A stretch of DNA of 64,000 bases from Alphaproteobacteria bacterium (GTDB taxonomy: Bacteria; Pseudomonadota; Alphaproteobacteria; Bin95): the NCBI GenBank assembly GCA_020638555.1, contig JACKII010000003.1, forward strand, positions 112,610 to 176,609. The letters are read 5' to 3'. How positions within the stretch are numbered: position 1 is the first letter of the stretch; each line of letters starts with the position of its first letter. Of this stretch, positions 53,939 through 63,353 are shown one piece after another. The notes under the pieces were generated by a model, which was not told the DNA's origin, did not search any database, and saw only the letters and a list, made by a program, of their open reading frames with translations. The translations under genes were made by a program, and so were the position numbers.

Positions 53939-55120
53939 TTGCGACTGGTAACGACGATTGTCATTTACACCACGATATTATTGGTGATTTCCCTTTTATT
54001 CATAGCGAATTTGCGCGCCACACTCTGCAAAGATAAGGAAAAAAACGACGAAAAAGAAAAATATAAGAAATTAAGATTGACAATTATCCGCAATATGTGG
54101 TCAACCGATAAAATAAACACCTCCTTCTTGTTAAGATATCTTTATGATATACTTAATACCAATAAAACTAAACAAGATATAAATTTTAAATACCTTATTT
54201 TATCTTCAATATTAATCAATATAGTAAAAATTATTCTCTTCACAATGACCATTGAACTGGTTTTCCAGACCTTCGCGATCGACCGCCTGTACGAACTGAC
54301 TTACGGCCTGAACCCCAACGAAAATTTCCGTGGCTTGGTGCTGATGCTGGTGATCATTGTTGTGTTCACCAACAACATGCCGTTGCTGTTTTCGCTGGCC
54401 TGGACCGTGAATGTTGTCGCGCCCATTCTCATCAATCTCGGCTACGACCCCGTTCTCTCCGTCAGCGCCGCAGCCCTGTTTTGCGGCGCCAATTTCGCGA
54501 CACCCACCGGTTCCGAAGTGGTCGCGATGTTGGATCGACGACTGGACTCAAAAACAGTCCGGAAAATCATTGCCGACTTCTACAATGAAATCAAAAATCA
54601 TCTCGGCATAGGATCGTTTGGGTTAATAAAATCGACCCTCGGATTTTTTGCCTTCTTGATATGGCATTATTTTTGCTATTGGAAACTGCATACGCGCTAT
54701 GTCTGGACATATTTTGCGCTGATCCTGATCCCGTTTGCGATGCCCCCCCGGGATTGGGCCCCCTTGGCCTGGGATGGACGGTTCGGGAACATATGGCCAT
54801 TTCACCTGCAAGTCTTGCTTGGCATGGTGTTGATTCTGATCGCCATGAAATACTTCCGCACGGGCCCCTTCTTTCCCGGCCGGCCCGTCTGGCAGATGGT
54901 GCGGCTTTGCCTGATGCTCTCGGGCTCGGCGTTACTCTTGGACCAAACCCACGTGTTCCGACTCAGCCAGCATTTCTTGCTGACCGCCGGCGTCGTGTTG
55001 GCGGTTTTGCCCTTCCTGGTCTGGTGGTTTCTCAGCAAAACGACCGATTACGGTCGTCAGAACACCAAACGAACGGCGCCCGCCGCCCCACCCAAGCCCT
55101 TGCCAACGCCGCCGATATGA
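53939..55120 (+). CDS. hypothetical polytopic membrane protein, compositionally chimeric (possible ion-transporter-superfamily remnant)
   Basis: TTG 53939 (first ATG at codon 53); frame is open back to the IS630 transposase stop codon. A very AT-rich segment of about 250 nt (KDKEKNDEKEKYKK...) is embedded in otherwise GC-rich coding sequence. It has multiple TM helices and a motif (GANFATPTGSEV) reminiscent of IT-superfamily hairpin loops. Confidence 0.5.
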   Translation: MRLVTTIVIYTTILLVISLLFIANLRATLCKDKEKNDEKEKYKKLRLTIIRNMWSTDKINTSFLLRYLYDILNTNKTKQDINFKYLILSSILINIVKIILFTMTIELVFQTFAIDRLYELTYGLNPNENFRGLVLMLVIIVVFTNNMPLLFSLAWTVNVVAPILINLGYDPVLSVSAAALFCGANFATPTGSEVVAMLDRRLDSKTVRKIIADFYNEIKNHLGIGSFGLIKSTLGFFAFLIWHYFCYWKLHTRYVWTYFALILIPFAMPPRDWAPLAWDGRFGNIWPFHLQVLLGMVLILIAMKYFRTGPFFPGRPVWQMVRLCLMLSGSALLLDQTHVFRLSQHFLLTAGVVLAVLPFLVWWFLSKTTDYGRQNTKRTAPAAPPKPLPTPPI

Positions 55121-55503
55121 CGGCATGGTACGCGCCCCTTTGGTCCGGATCGAGCCCCATGCCGCCGAAACACAACCCGCTGAAACTGAACGCCTTGCAG
55201 CTGAAGACTCTGACCGTGTTGCAGCAGCTGGCGCGCTTCCCGCAATACAGCAACCGCGACGCCGAAACGGGCGAGGCGGTGATCATGCGCTTCCCGCATG
55301 CCCATGGCGATCATTTCCACTGCGGCGATGCGGTCGTGCTGAGCCGCGATGCCACCGGCCTGCAGAACGAAAAGGTCTGGCGCGCGCTGGAGCGCAAGGG
55401 GCTGGCCCGCCCCGTCTCCGCCACCGCGCTCGCGCTGTCGGCGGCAGGCGAGGCCTACGACACCGGCCTTTCCGACCGGATTCTGCACCGCGCCGACCAC
55501 TGA
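55117..55503 (+). CDS. hypothetical His-rich small protein
   Basis: ATG 55117 overlapping previous stop (ATGA), in frame with track ORF 54661..55503; HAHGDHFHCGD motif suggests metal binding. Confidence 0.5.
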   Translation: MTAWYAPLWSGSSPMPPKHNPLKLNALQLKTLTVLQQLARFPQYSNRDAETGEAVIMRFPHAHGDHFHCGDAVVLSRDATGLQNEKVWRALERKGLARPVSATALALSAAGEAYDTGLSDRILHRADH

Positions 55504-55713
55504 TCCCGACGATCCAGCGTCCGGACCGGCGCGCCCCGGCCTGAAGACCGCAGGCGCCGGAGACGCCAATGTTTCCCGGCCGCGCCGGAGGCGTAGGGCC
55601 GGGACCGGTGTCCTCCTTCGAACACCGTCCCTGCCCGTGTTCGCAGGCCCCGGCCGGCCCCGGATCGGCGCTCCGCACCCTCCGGGGAACAAGAGCGGTG
55701 TGATCGGCCCGTC

Positions 55714-55803
55714 GGCGTCTTCCCCGGCGGGGATCAGCCCGCCGGCGTCGGCCCAGGCGGGGGTCAGCCCGCCACCGTCTTCCCCGGCGGGGATCAGCCC
55801 GCC
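55714..55803 (-). terminator. array of three GC-rich hairpins at typA 3' end
   Basis: Three tandem units each with 6-bp stem ggcggg-(g/a)(a/g)tcag-cccgcc; typA stop codon lies in the last unit. Confidence 0.35.
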
Positions 55804-57611
55804 ACTTTGCGCGCGGCTTTCTTGCGCTCGTGGATGTCCAGATAGCGCTTGCGCAGGCGCACGCTCACCGGCGTCACCTCGACCAGTTCGTCGTCGTCGA
55901 TATAGGCCAGCGCCTTTTCCAGCGTCATCTTGATGGGCGGCGTCAGGTCCAGCGCGTCGTCCTTGCCGGCGGCGCGGAAATTGGTGAGCTGTTTTGCCTT
56001 CAGCGGGTTCACGTCCAGGTCCTGGCCCTTGGCGTGCTCGCCCAGGATCATGCCCTGGTAGACCGGCTCGCCGGGCGAGACGAACAGGAAGCCGCGCTCC
56101 TCCAGATTGTAAAGCGCATAGGCCACCGCCTTGCCCTGCTCCAGGCTGATGAGCACGCCCGTCCGCCGCGTCTCGATCGGCCCCTTGTAGGGCGCGTAGT
56201 GGCTGAACAGCCGGTTCATGACGCCGGTGCCGCGGGTATCGGTCAGGAACTCGCCGTGATAGCCGATCAGGCCGCGCGACGGCGCGTGGAACACCAGCCG
56301 CGTCTTGCCGGCGCCGGCCGGCCGCATTTCCTGCATCTCGCCACGACGCTGGCCCAGTTTTTCCACCACCGAGCCGGCATAGTCCTCGTCGACGTCGATG
56401 ACGACTTCCTCGATCGGCTCCTCGCGCTGGCCCTGTTCGTTGGCGCGGAACAGCACCCGCGGACGGCTGACCGAAAGCTCGAAGCCCTCGCGGCGCATGG
56501 TTTCGATCAGCACCGCCAGTTGCAACTCGCCCCGGCCGGAGACTTCGAACGCATCCTTTTCCTCGGTCTCGCGCACCTGGATCGCGACATTGCCTTCGGC
56601 CTCGCGCAGCAGGCGGTCGCGGATCAGGCGGCTGGTGACCTTGTCGCCTTCCAGGCCCGCCAGCGGCGAATCGTTGATCGAGAAGGTCATGGCCAGGGTC
56701 GAGGGGTCGATGGGCTGGGCCGGCAGCGGTGCCTCGACTTCCGGGGTGGCGATGGTGTCGGCCACCGTCGCCTCCGACAGGCCGGCAATGGTGACGATGT
56801 CGCCGGCCTGCGCTTCCTCCAGCGGCTCGCGCGCCAGGCCGCGGAACGCCAGGAGCTTGGAAATGCGGCCAACCTCGACCACGCTGCCGTCGCGGCGCAG
56901 CGCCCGCACCGGCATGTTCGCCCGCGCCTTGCCGCTCTGGATGCGCCCGGTCAGCAGCCGGCCCAGATAGGGGTCGCGCTCCACCGTGGTCGCCAGCATG
57001 GCGAACGGCGCGTCGGCATCGACGGTGGGCGGCGGCACATGGGCGACGATGGTGTCGAACAGCGCATCCATATTGCCCGGCCGCTCGTCCGGATCGGCCG
57101 CGGCCCAGCCCTGCTTGGCGCTGGAGAACAGGGTCGGGAAGTCCAGTTGCGCCTCGTTGGCGTCGAGCGCGGCGAACAGGTCGAAGGTTTCGTCCTGCAC
57201 CTCGAAGGCGCGCTGTTCCGGCTTGTCGACCTTGTTGATCAGCACGATCGGGTTCAGACCCAGGCGCAGCGCCTTGCCGACCACGAACTTGGTCTGCGGC
57301 ATCGGCCCTTCGGCGGCGTCCACCAGCACGACGACGCCGTCGACCATGCTGAGAATGCGCTCCACCTCGCCACCGAAATCGGCGTGGCCGGGGGTGTCGA
57401 CGATGTTGATGCGCGTGTTCTTCCAGACGACGCTGGTGCATTTCGCCAGGATGGTGATGCCGCGCTCGCGCTCCTGGTCGTTCGAGTCCATGGCGCGCTC
57501 GGCCACTTTCTGGTGGGCGCGGAAGGTGCCGGACTGGTGCAGCAGGCAATCGACCAGGGTCGTCTTGCCATGGTCGACGTGCGCGATGATCGCGATGTTG
57601 CGGATATCCAT
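55794..57611 (-). CDS. typA: translational GTPase TypA/BipA
   Basis: ATG 57611 ([19 protein letters not shown]) within track ORF 55794..57890; EF-G-like G domain motifs. Confidence 0.95.
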   Translation of the reverse strand: MDIRNIAIIAHVDHGKTTLVDCLLHQSGTFRAHQKVAERAMDSNDQERERGITILAKCTSVVWKNTRINIVDTPGHADFGGEVERILSMVDGVVVLVDAAEGPMPQTKFVVGKALRLGLNPIVLINKVDKPEQRAFEVQDETFDLFAALDANEAQLDFPTLFSSAKQGWAAADPDERPGNMDALFDTIVAHVPPPTVDADAPFAMLATTVERDPYLGRLLTGRIQSGKARANMPVRALRRDGSVVEVGRISKLLAFRGLAREPLEEAQAGDIVTIAGLSEATVADTIATPEVEAPLPAQPIDPSTLAMTFSINDSPLAGLEGDKVTSRLIRDRLLREAEGNVAIQVRETEEKDAFEVSGRGELQLAVLIETMRREGFELSVSRPRVLFRANEQGQREEPIEEVVIDVDEDYAGSVVEKLGQRRGEMQEMRPAGAGKTRLVFHAPSRGLIGYHGEFLTDTRGTGVMNRLFSHYAPYKGPIETRRTGVLISLEQGKAVAYALYNLEERGFLFVSPGEPVYQGMILGEHAKGQDLDVNPLKAKQLTNFRAAGKDDALDLTPPIKMTLEKALAYIDDDELVEVTPVSVRLRKRYLDIHERKKAARKVAG

Positions 57612-57814
57612 GCGGGCGGAGACTTTCCGTGTGCGGCTGGCCGCCGGACGCGAATTGCGGCGGCCGGCACAGCGGTCAAATTGGGGAAGTGTGCCGGGGA
57701 GATAGGCGTCTTCGCACCCGCACACAAGCCGGTGACTTGTCGCGGCTGCGTTTGCCGCCATCGGGCCTTTCCCGGCCAAGCCGATGGCGCGAGCCGGGAC
57801 CTCCTGCGGACCTG

Positions 57815-57950
57815 CCGCGGCGGGAGATCCCGGACCGCCGCTCCGCGCCGTCCGGGAAAGCGGAGAAGGCGCCATCCGGGGAAGCGGCAACGGCGCCGTC
57901 CGGGGAGGCGGTCGCCGTTGCGGCCGCCTCCGGGGAATTCCCCTCGCAAC
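57815..57950. repeat. typA leader repeats: partial family-A MITE end plus about 23-bp tandem repeats
   Basis: ggcgggagatcccggacc...ccgggaaagcgg resembles right end of 1372-1690 element; followed by three units of (a)ggcgcc(g/a)tccgggga(a/g)gcgg. Confidence 0.45.
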
Positions 57951-57959
57951 CGGCTCGGT

Positions 57960-59558
57960 TCAGCCCTCCTCGAACAATTCCCAGAGGCGGTTGCGCTGCA
58001 ATTTGCCGGTGGCGGTGAGCGGCAGCCGGTCGGCAGCGGTGAAACACCAGCGCCGCGGCAGCTTGAATGGCGCCAGGCGCTGGCGGCAATAGGCCTGCAA
58101 TGCCTCGCCGTCGACCGTCGCGCCGGGCTCCAGCAGCACCACGGCGGCCACGGTCTCGTCCAGCTTCGCATCCCTCAGGCCGGTGACGAAGCACGAGGCG
58201 ACGGCGGGATGGGCCAGCAGCACCTCCTCCACCTCCGCCGGCGAGACGTTGATGCCGCCCGTCTTGATCAACTCCTTCAGCCGGCCGCGAAACCGCACCC
58301 AGCCCTGGTCGTCCAACAGGCCCAGGTCGCCGGTGCGGAACCAGCCGTCCGCGCTCAGGCTGGCCGCGGTCAGGTCCGGCGCCTGCCAGTAGCCCGGCGT
58401 GAAGCGGCCGCCGACCTGGATTTCGCCGATGGCGCCCGGCCCCAGCACCGCGCCGCTATCGCCGTCGACGATTCGGATTGCCACCCCGTCCAGCGGCGCG
58501 CCGGAGGCGTGCAGGCGCCGGGCCAGCGGTGCCTTGCAGTCCGCCACCGCCGAGTTGCCATAGCCCTCGGTCAGGCCGTAGACATTGCAGACCTCGGTCG
58601 CTCCCAGATCGACAATGCGCTGGATCTGCTCCGGCGTGCCGATGGTCGCCCCGGTGCGCAGGGACGAGAGATCGCGAGCCCGCCGGTCCGGGTGCGTTTC
58701 CAGGGCGATGGCCATGTTCGGCATGCCATAGAACACGCTGCACCGCTCCCGTTCGATCAGGCGCAACGCCTCGCCCGGCTCGAAATGGTGTTGCAGCACC
58801 AGCGTGCCACCATGGCTCATCACCGCAAACAGGGCGTTGACGCAGCCGAACGACCAGAACAGCGAGACGCCGAACCACAGCCGGTCCGCCGGAGCCAGGT
58901 GCATGCGCTCGCCGATGGACCACATATTGTCGACCACGCCGCCGTGCAGCAGCGGCACGCCTTTTGGCGCCGCGGTCGAGCCGGACGTGTAGAGAATGCA
59001 GCACACATCCTCCGGCTCGGCCCGATCCCAGGCATCGGCCCGCGGCGCGGCCGCACGCAACTCGGCATAGGGGCGGGTGTCGCGAAAGCCCTGCCCGTCC
59101 AGCACCACCACCTCGCGCAGGCCCGGCACCTGACCCTCGGCTCGCAGCGCCTGGATTTCGCAGGCGAAACTGCGGCCGCGGAAGTCCGGCTCCACCACCA
59201 GCACCGCGGCGCCGGCGTGCGCCAACTGCCAGGCGATCTCCGCCGGCGTCAGCCAGGTGTTGAGTGCCACGGTGATCGCGCCCAGCCCCTGGGCCGCGAA
59301 ATAGGTCGCCACCCACTCCGCCCGGTTGCCGGCCAGGATCGCCACCCGGTCGCCATGGCCGACGCCCAGCGCCGCCAGCCCCGCCGCGACGGCCCGCGCC
59401 TCCCGCAGCAGGTCGGCATAGGTCCAGCGGATCGCGCCGTCGACGACGGCCTCGTGGTCCGGCCGGGTCGCCGCGAGCCCGTCCAGCAGGCGCGGGCCGG
59501 TGCGCGGCACGGGCGCGCGGTAGGGCTCGCTCACGGGCGAGACGGCACGCAGGGTCAT
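57960..59558 (-). CDS. AMP-dependent acyl-CoA synthetase/ligase
   Basis: ATG 59558 (MTLRAVSPVS) within track ORF 57960..59816; AMP-binding motifs (YTSGSTAAPKG, GYGLTE, TGDLG, GRLKELIKTGG). Confidence 0.85.
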   Translation of the reverse strand: MTLRAVSPVSEPYRAPVPRTGPRLLDGLAATRPDHEAVVDGAIRWTYADLLREARAVAAGLAALGVGHGDRVAILAGNRAEWVATYFAAQGLGAITVALNTWLTPAEIAWQLAHAGAAVLVVEPDFRGRSFACEIQALRAEGQVPGLREVVVLDGQGFRDTRPYAELRAAAPRADAWDRAEPEDVCCILYTSGSTAAPKGVPLLHGGVVDNMWSIGERMHLAPADRLWFGVSLFWSFGCVNALFAVMSHGGTLVLQHHFEPGEALRLIERERCSVFYGMPNMAIALETHPDRRARDLSSLRTGATIGTPEQIQRIVDLGATEVCNVYGLTEGYGNSAVADCKAPLARRLHASGAPLDGVAIRIVDGDSGAVLGPGAIGEIQVGGRFTPGYWQAPDLTAASLSADGWFRTGDLGLLDDQGWVRFRGRLKELIKTGGINVSPAEVEEVLLAHPAVASCFVTGLRDAKLDETVAAVVLLEPGATVDGEALQAYCRQRLAPFKLPRRWCFTAADRLPLTATGKLQRNRLWELFEEG

Positions 59559-60529
59559 GCGCCGCGGTTCATCCAGTTTTCCTGCAATGGCGTTCCCGGC
59601 TGGGCCTGGCCGGTGGAGCGGCGGCGCAGCACGCCGCGGAAGCGCTCGTCCAGCCCCGCCACCGGCTCGGCCGACGCGCGATAGACCGGCGTGTCGCCGA
59701 TGATCGTCACCCGCTCCGCGACCCGCGTGTGCGGCCAGTAGTCGGAGACCGCATAATGCTGACAGGCGCGATTGTCCCAGAACGCGATGGAATTCGCCTT
59801 CCAGCGGAAGCGGCACTGGTATTCGGGGTACAGCGCCTGGGCGTAGAGGATTTCCAGCAGCGTCGCGCTTTCCTCGGCACTCACGCCCAGAATTTCCCGG
59901 GTGAAGGCGCGGTTGACATAGATCGCCTGCTCGCCGGTGTCGGGATGGGTGCGGATCACGGGGTGTTCCGGGTGCGGGTAGAGCCGGTCGAACTCGGCCA
60001 ATTCCGCCTCGGAGGCGCCCTTCTCTTTCAGCCGGGCGCGGAAGGGCGCGAAGTCGTGGCGGGCATAGAGGCCCGTCACCCGCTCGCGAATCGCTTCCGG
60101 CAGGCCGCGATAGGCGGCGCCCATGTCGGCAAACACCGTATCGCCGCCCACCGGCGGCGCCTCGCGCGAGCGCAGCACCGAGCCGAGCGAGGGTTGCAGA
60201 CGCCAGGTCACGTCCGAATGCCAGATATTCTCGGTGCCCGGATGCTCGGCATTGTGATGCAGCCGCAGCATCTCGGGATGGTCGCGGTCGGAGGCGGCGA
60301 ACGGGTGGACTTCCAGCTCGCCGAACGCGCCGGCGAAGGCCAGATGCTGTTCCTTGGTCAGGTCCTGGTCGCGGAAGAACAACACCTTCCAGTCCAGCAG
60401 CGCCTGGTAAAGCCCGTCGCGGGCGGCGGCGGACAGCGGCTCGCGCAGATCGATGCCGCCGATCTCCGCCCCGATACCGGGAGAAACGGGCTCCAGCGTG
60501 AAGGCGGCGGCGGTGGCGACGTGGTTCAT
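59555..60529 (-). CDS. TauD/TfdA-family Fe(II)/2-oxoglutarate-dependent dioxygenase
   Basis: ATG 60529 (MNHVATAAAFTLEPV) within track ORF 59555..60586; HxD...H facial triad context (WHSDVTW, later H); stop overlaps ligase start (ATGA). Confidence 0.85.
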   Translation of the reverse strand: MNHVATAAAFTLEPVSPGIGAEIGGIDLREPLSAAARDGLYQALLDWKVLFFRDQDLTKEQHLAFAGAFGELEVHPFAASDRDHPEMLRLHHNAEHPGTENIWHSDVTWRLQPSLGSVLRSREAPPVGGDTVFADMGAAYRGLPEAIRERVTGLYARHDFAPFRARLKEKGASEAELAEFDRLYPHPEHPVIRTHPDTGEQAIYVNRAFTREILGVSAEESATLLEILYAQALYPEYQCRFRWKANSIAFWDNRACQHYAVSDYWPHTRVAERVTIIGDTPVYRASAEPVAGLDERFRGVLRRRSTGQAQPGTPLQENWMNRGA

Positions 60530-60805
60530 CGGAGGCGTTCCTTCGTTATGGCTTTGGCGGGCAGTCTGGCATGGCGCCCGTCGCACCGCCAGAGCGGGTT
60601 CTTTTCCCGCCGGCTCACCAGCCCATTTTCCCTGTCCTCGCGGAAGCGGGGACCCATGCCGGGGAGACCAATACAGGGTCCGTATCCTGTGAGAAGCTCT
60701 CAGGCATGGGCTCCCGCTTACGCGGGAGATGGGTCAGGAGAGGGAGTCCACCAGTGCCGAAAGCACCGCCAGACCAAACCCTCCGCCCCGCGGCCCCGGC
60801 CCGGA

Positions 60806-61753
60806 TCAGGTGCCGGCGTACAACCGCTCCCGCAGGAAGCCGCAGATGCGGTCGTATTCGGCGCGGGCGGCCGCGCCCAGGAAACGGGCGCGCATGAAGC
60901 CGTGCACCATCCCCTTGGCCTCGCGATAGCTGACGTCGACGCCCGCCTGGGCCAGCCGCGCCGCGAACTCCCGCCCATCGTCGCGGATCGGGTCGATCTG
61001 GGCCGAATGCACCCAGAACGGCGGCAGACCGGAGAAATCCCTGGCCATGATCGGCCGGGCATAGGGGTCGTCCGTGTCCCGGTTGCCGGGCAGATACATG
61101 TCGCGATAGGCGCGGGTGCCCGCCGTGGTCAGGCCCGTGCCGGCGGAGAATTCCCGGTAGCTGGGATAATCCTGGTCCAGCCCCGTGCCCGGATAAATCA
61201 ACGCCGCGCAGGCGATGGCCGGGCCGCCCCGGTCGCGGGCCTTCAGGCACAGCGCCGCGCTGAGATTGCCGCCGGCGCTGTCGCCGGCCACGCCGATCCG
61301 GGCCGGGTCCAGGCCCAGCCGCCCGGCCTGCTCGTGCAGCCAGACAAGGCAGTTCCAGGCATCGTTGAACGCGGCCGGATAAGGATGTTCCGGCGCCAGG
61401 CGATAGTCGACGGACACCACCACCGCCCCGGCTTGCTCGGCAAAGCCCCAGGCCACGGAATCGGAGCTGTCGAGGTCGCCCTTCATGAAGCCGCCGCCAT
61501 GCAGGTAGAGCACCGCCGGCGCCCCGCTCTCCGATGCCGCCGCCGGGCGGTAAAGCCGGACCGCCACGGCGTGCTCCGGCGCCGGCACCGTCTCGTCCCA
61601 CACGCGCATCGTCGCCGGCGGCGGCCGGTTCAGGGTGTTCGTATAGTGGGTCCAGGCCTTGCGCTGCTCCGCAATCGTATCCCCGAACTGCCCGGCGGGC
61701 GCACGCGCCGCCGCCAGGCACTCCATATCCGGGTGAACCGCGGGTTTGGTCAT
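60806..61753 (-). CDS. alpha/beta hydrolase (esterase/lipase, HGGG type)
   Basis: 315 aa; oxyanion HGGGF, nucleophile elbow GDSAGG. Confidence 0.8.
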   Translation of the reverse strand: MTKPAVHPDMECLAAARAPAGQFGDTIAEQRKAWTHYTNTLNRPPPATMRVWDETVPAPEHAVAVRLYRPAAASESGAPAVLYLHGGGFMKGDLDSSDSVAWGFAEQAGAVVVSVDYRLAPEHPYPAAFNDAWNCLVWLHEQAGRLGLDPARIGVAGDSAGGNLSAALCLKARDRGGPAIACAALIYPGTGLDQDYPSYREFSAGTGLTTAGTRAYRDMYLPGNRDTDDPYARPIMARDFSGLPPFWVHSAQIDPIRDDGREFAARLAQAGVDVSYREAKGMVHGFMRARFLGAAARAEYDRICGFLRERLYAGT

Positions 61754-61868
61754 GGCCGAACCTCCTTCGCCAGCAAACGGCCTAGCCTAGGCTCGGTCAT
61801 CTGTACTAAAGAAGCAAGTTCAGTGCTGCCCCGCGGCACGCCCGCAGCCCCTGACCGAGACCGCTCCC

Positions 61869-63035
61869 ATGGATTTCCAGTTTACCGAACAGCAGCAAAG
61901 CATCCGCGCCGCCATCGAAAAGATCTGCGGCGACTATCCGCTGGACTACTGGTCCGAGTGCGACGACCAGCACCGCTTCCCGGAGGATTTCGTGCAGGCG
62001 CTGGCCAATGACGGCTGGCTCGGCATCGCCATGCCGGAGGAATACGGCGGCGCCGGCCTCGGCATTTCGGATGCCTGCGTCATGATGGAGACCATTGCCG
62101 GCTCCGGCGCCGGCATGTCCGGCGCCAGCGCGGTGCACATCAACGTGTTCGGCCCGCACCCGATCGTCGTCCACGGCACCGACGAGCAGAAGCAGCGCTG
62201 GCTCGTGCCGATGATCCAGGGCAAGGAAAAGTGCTGCTTCGGCGTGACCGAGCCCGATGCCGGCCTCAACACCGCCGCCATCAAGACCCGGGCGGAGCGC
62301 GACGGCCAGAACTACAAGATCTACGGCCAGAAAATGTGGACCTCCACGGCGCAGGAGGCGAACAAGGTGCTGCTGCTGGCCCGCACCACGCCGCGCGAGC
62401 AGGTCTCGAAGCCGTTCGAGGGCATCAGCCTGTTCTACACCGACCTCGACCGCAAATATGTCGAGATCCGCGAGATCCCGAAAATGGGCCGCATGGCGGT
62501 GGACACCAATTTCGTTTTCTACGACGGCCTGCCGGTGCCGAAGGAAGACCTGATCGGCGAGGAAGGCCGCGGCTTCTATTACCTGCTGGACGGCATCAAC
62601 CCCGAACGCTGCCTGGTGGCGTCGGAGGCCATCGGCATCGGCCAGTTTTCGCTGGACCGTGCCGCGGAATACGCCCGCGAACGGGTCGTGTTCGGCCGGC
62701 CCATCGGCCAGAACCAGGGCATTCAGCACCCGCTGGCGGAAAGCTGGGCCAAGCTCACTGCCGCCCGCCTGCTGACCTACAAGGCCGCCTGGCTCTATGA
62801 CAACGGCCTGCCCTGCGGGTCGGAGGCGAACGGCGCCAAATATCTCTGCGCCGAAGTCGGCTTCGAGGCCTGCGAGCGCGCCATGCTCACCCACGGCGGC
62901 ATGGGCTATGCCAAGGAATATCACGTGGAGCGCATGCTGCGCGAGGTGATGATCTCGCGCCTGGCGCCGGTCGGCCAGCAACTGGCCCTCTCCTACATCG
63001 CCGAACGCCAGCTCGGCCTGCCGAAGAGCTATTGA
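61869..63035 (+). CDS. acyl-CoA dehydrogenase
   Basis: 388 aa; three-domain ACAD architecture (CFGVTEPDAGLN, YKIYGQKMWTS). Confidence 0.9.
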   Translation: MDFQFTEQQQSIRAAIEKICGDYPLDYWSECDDQHRFPEDFVQALANDGWLGIAMPEEYGGAGLGISDACVMMETIAGSGAGMSGASAVHINVFGPHPIVVHGTDEQKQRWLVPMIQGKEKCCFGVTEPDAGLNTAAIKTRAERDGQNYKIYGQKMWTSTAQEANKVLLLARTTPREQVSKPFEGISLFYTDLDRKYVEIREIPKMGRMAVDTNFVFYDGLPVPKEDLIGEEGRGFYYLLDGINPERCLVASEAIGIGQFSLDRAAEYARERVVFGRPIGQNQGIQHPLAESWAKLTAARLLTYKAAWLYDNGLPCGSEANGAKYLCAEVGFEACERAMLTHGGMGYAKEYHVERMLREVMISRLAPVGQQLALSYIAERQLGLPKSY

Positions 63036-63062
63036 GGCGCTCGCGGTTGGGGCACTCGGCCG

Positions 63063-63353
63063 GTGGCGGGCGATCAAGACGTCGAGTTCGACGCCGAGAA
63101 GAGCGAACGGAACCGGCGATTGCGCGGCTTTAGCTTCCGCCATGCGGCCCGCGTTTTCGAGTCCGACCATGTGGAATGGCTCGATGACCGGCTCGACTAC
63201 GGCGAGCAACGCTACATCGTCCTTGGCAGGATCGAGGGCCGCCATCATATTGTTGTTTATGTTTGGCGTGGCGGCCGGCGCCGCATCATCAGCGCGCGCC
63301 GCGCCAACGCCCGGGAGATCAAACGGTATGAGCGGGAAACGAAGAGCGACTGA
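63063..63353 (+). CDS. brnT: BrnT-family toxin (DUF497)
   Basis: GTG 63063; 96 aa; FEWD-like N-terminus, RIISARRANAREIKRYE C-terminal motif typical of BrnT. Confidence 0.75.
   Translation: MAGDQDVEFDAEKSERNRRLRGFSFRHAARVFESDHVEWLDDRLDYGEQRYIVLGRIEGRHHIVVYVWRGGRRRIISARRANAREIKRYERETKSD

Noticed and set aside
52225-55120. IS630 having split a single ancestral gene, with 52225-52773 and 53939-55120 as its halves
   Set aside because: The upstream ORF ends with its own stop about 45 bp before the IS, and the two parts share no obvious continuity. The in-frame read-through from the transposase stop into the downstream ORF may be coincidental.
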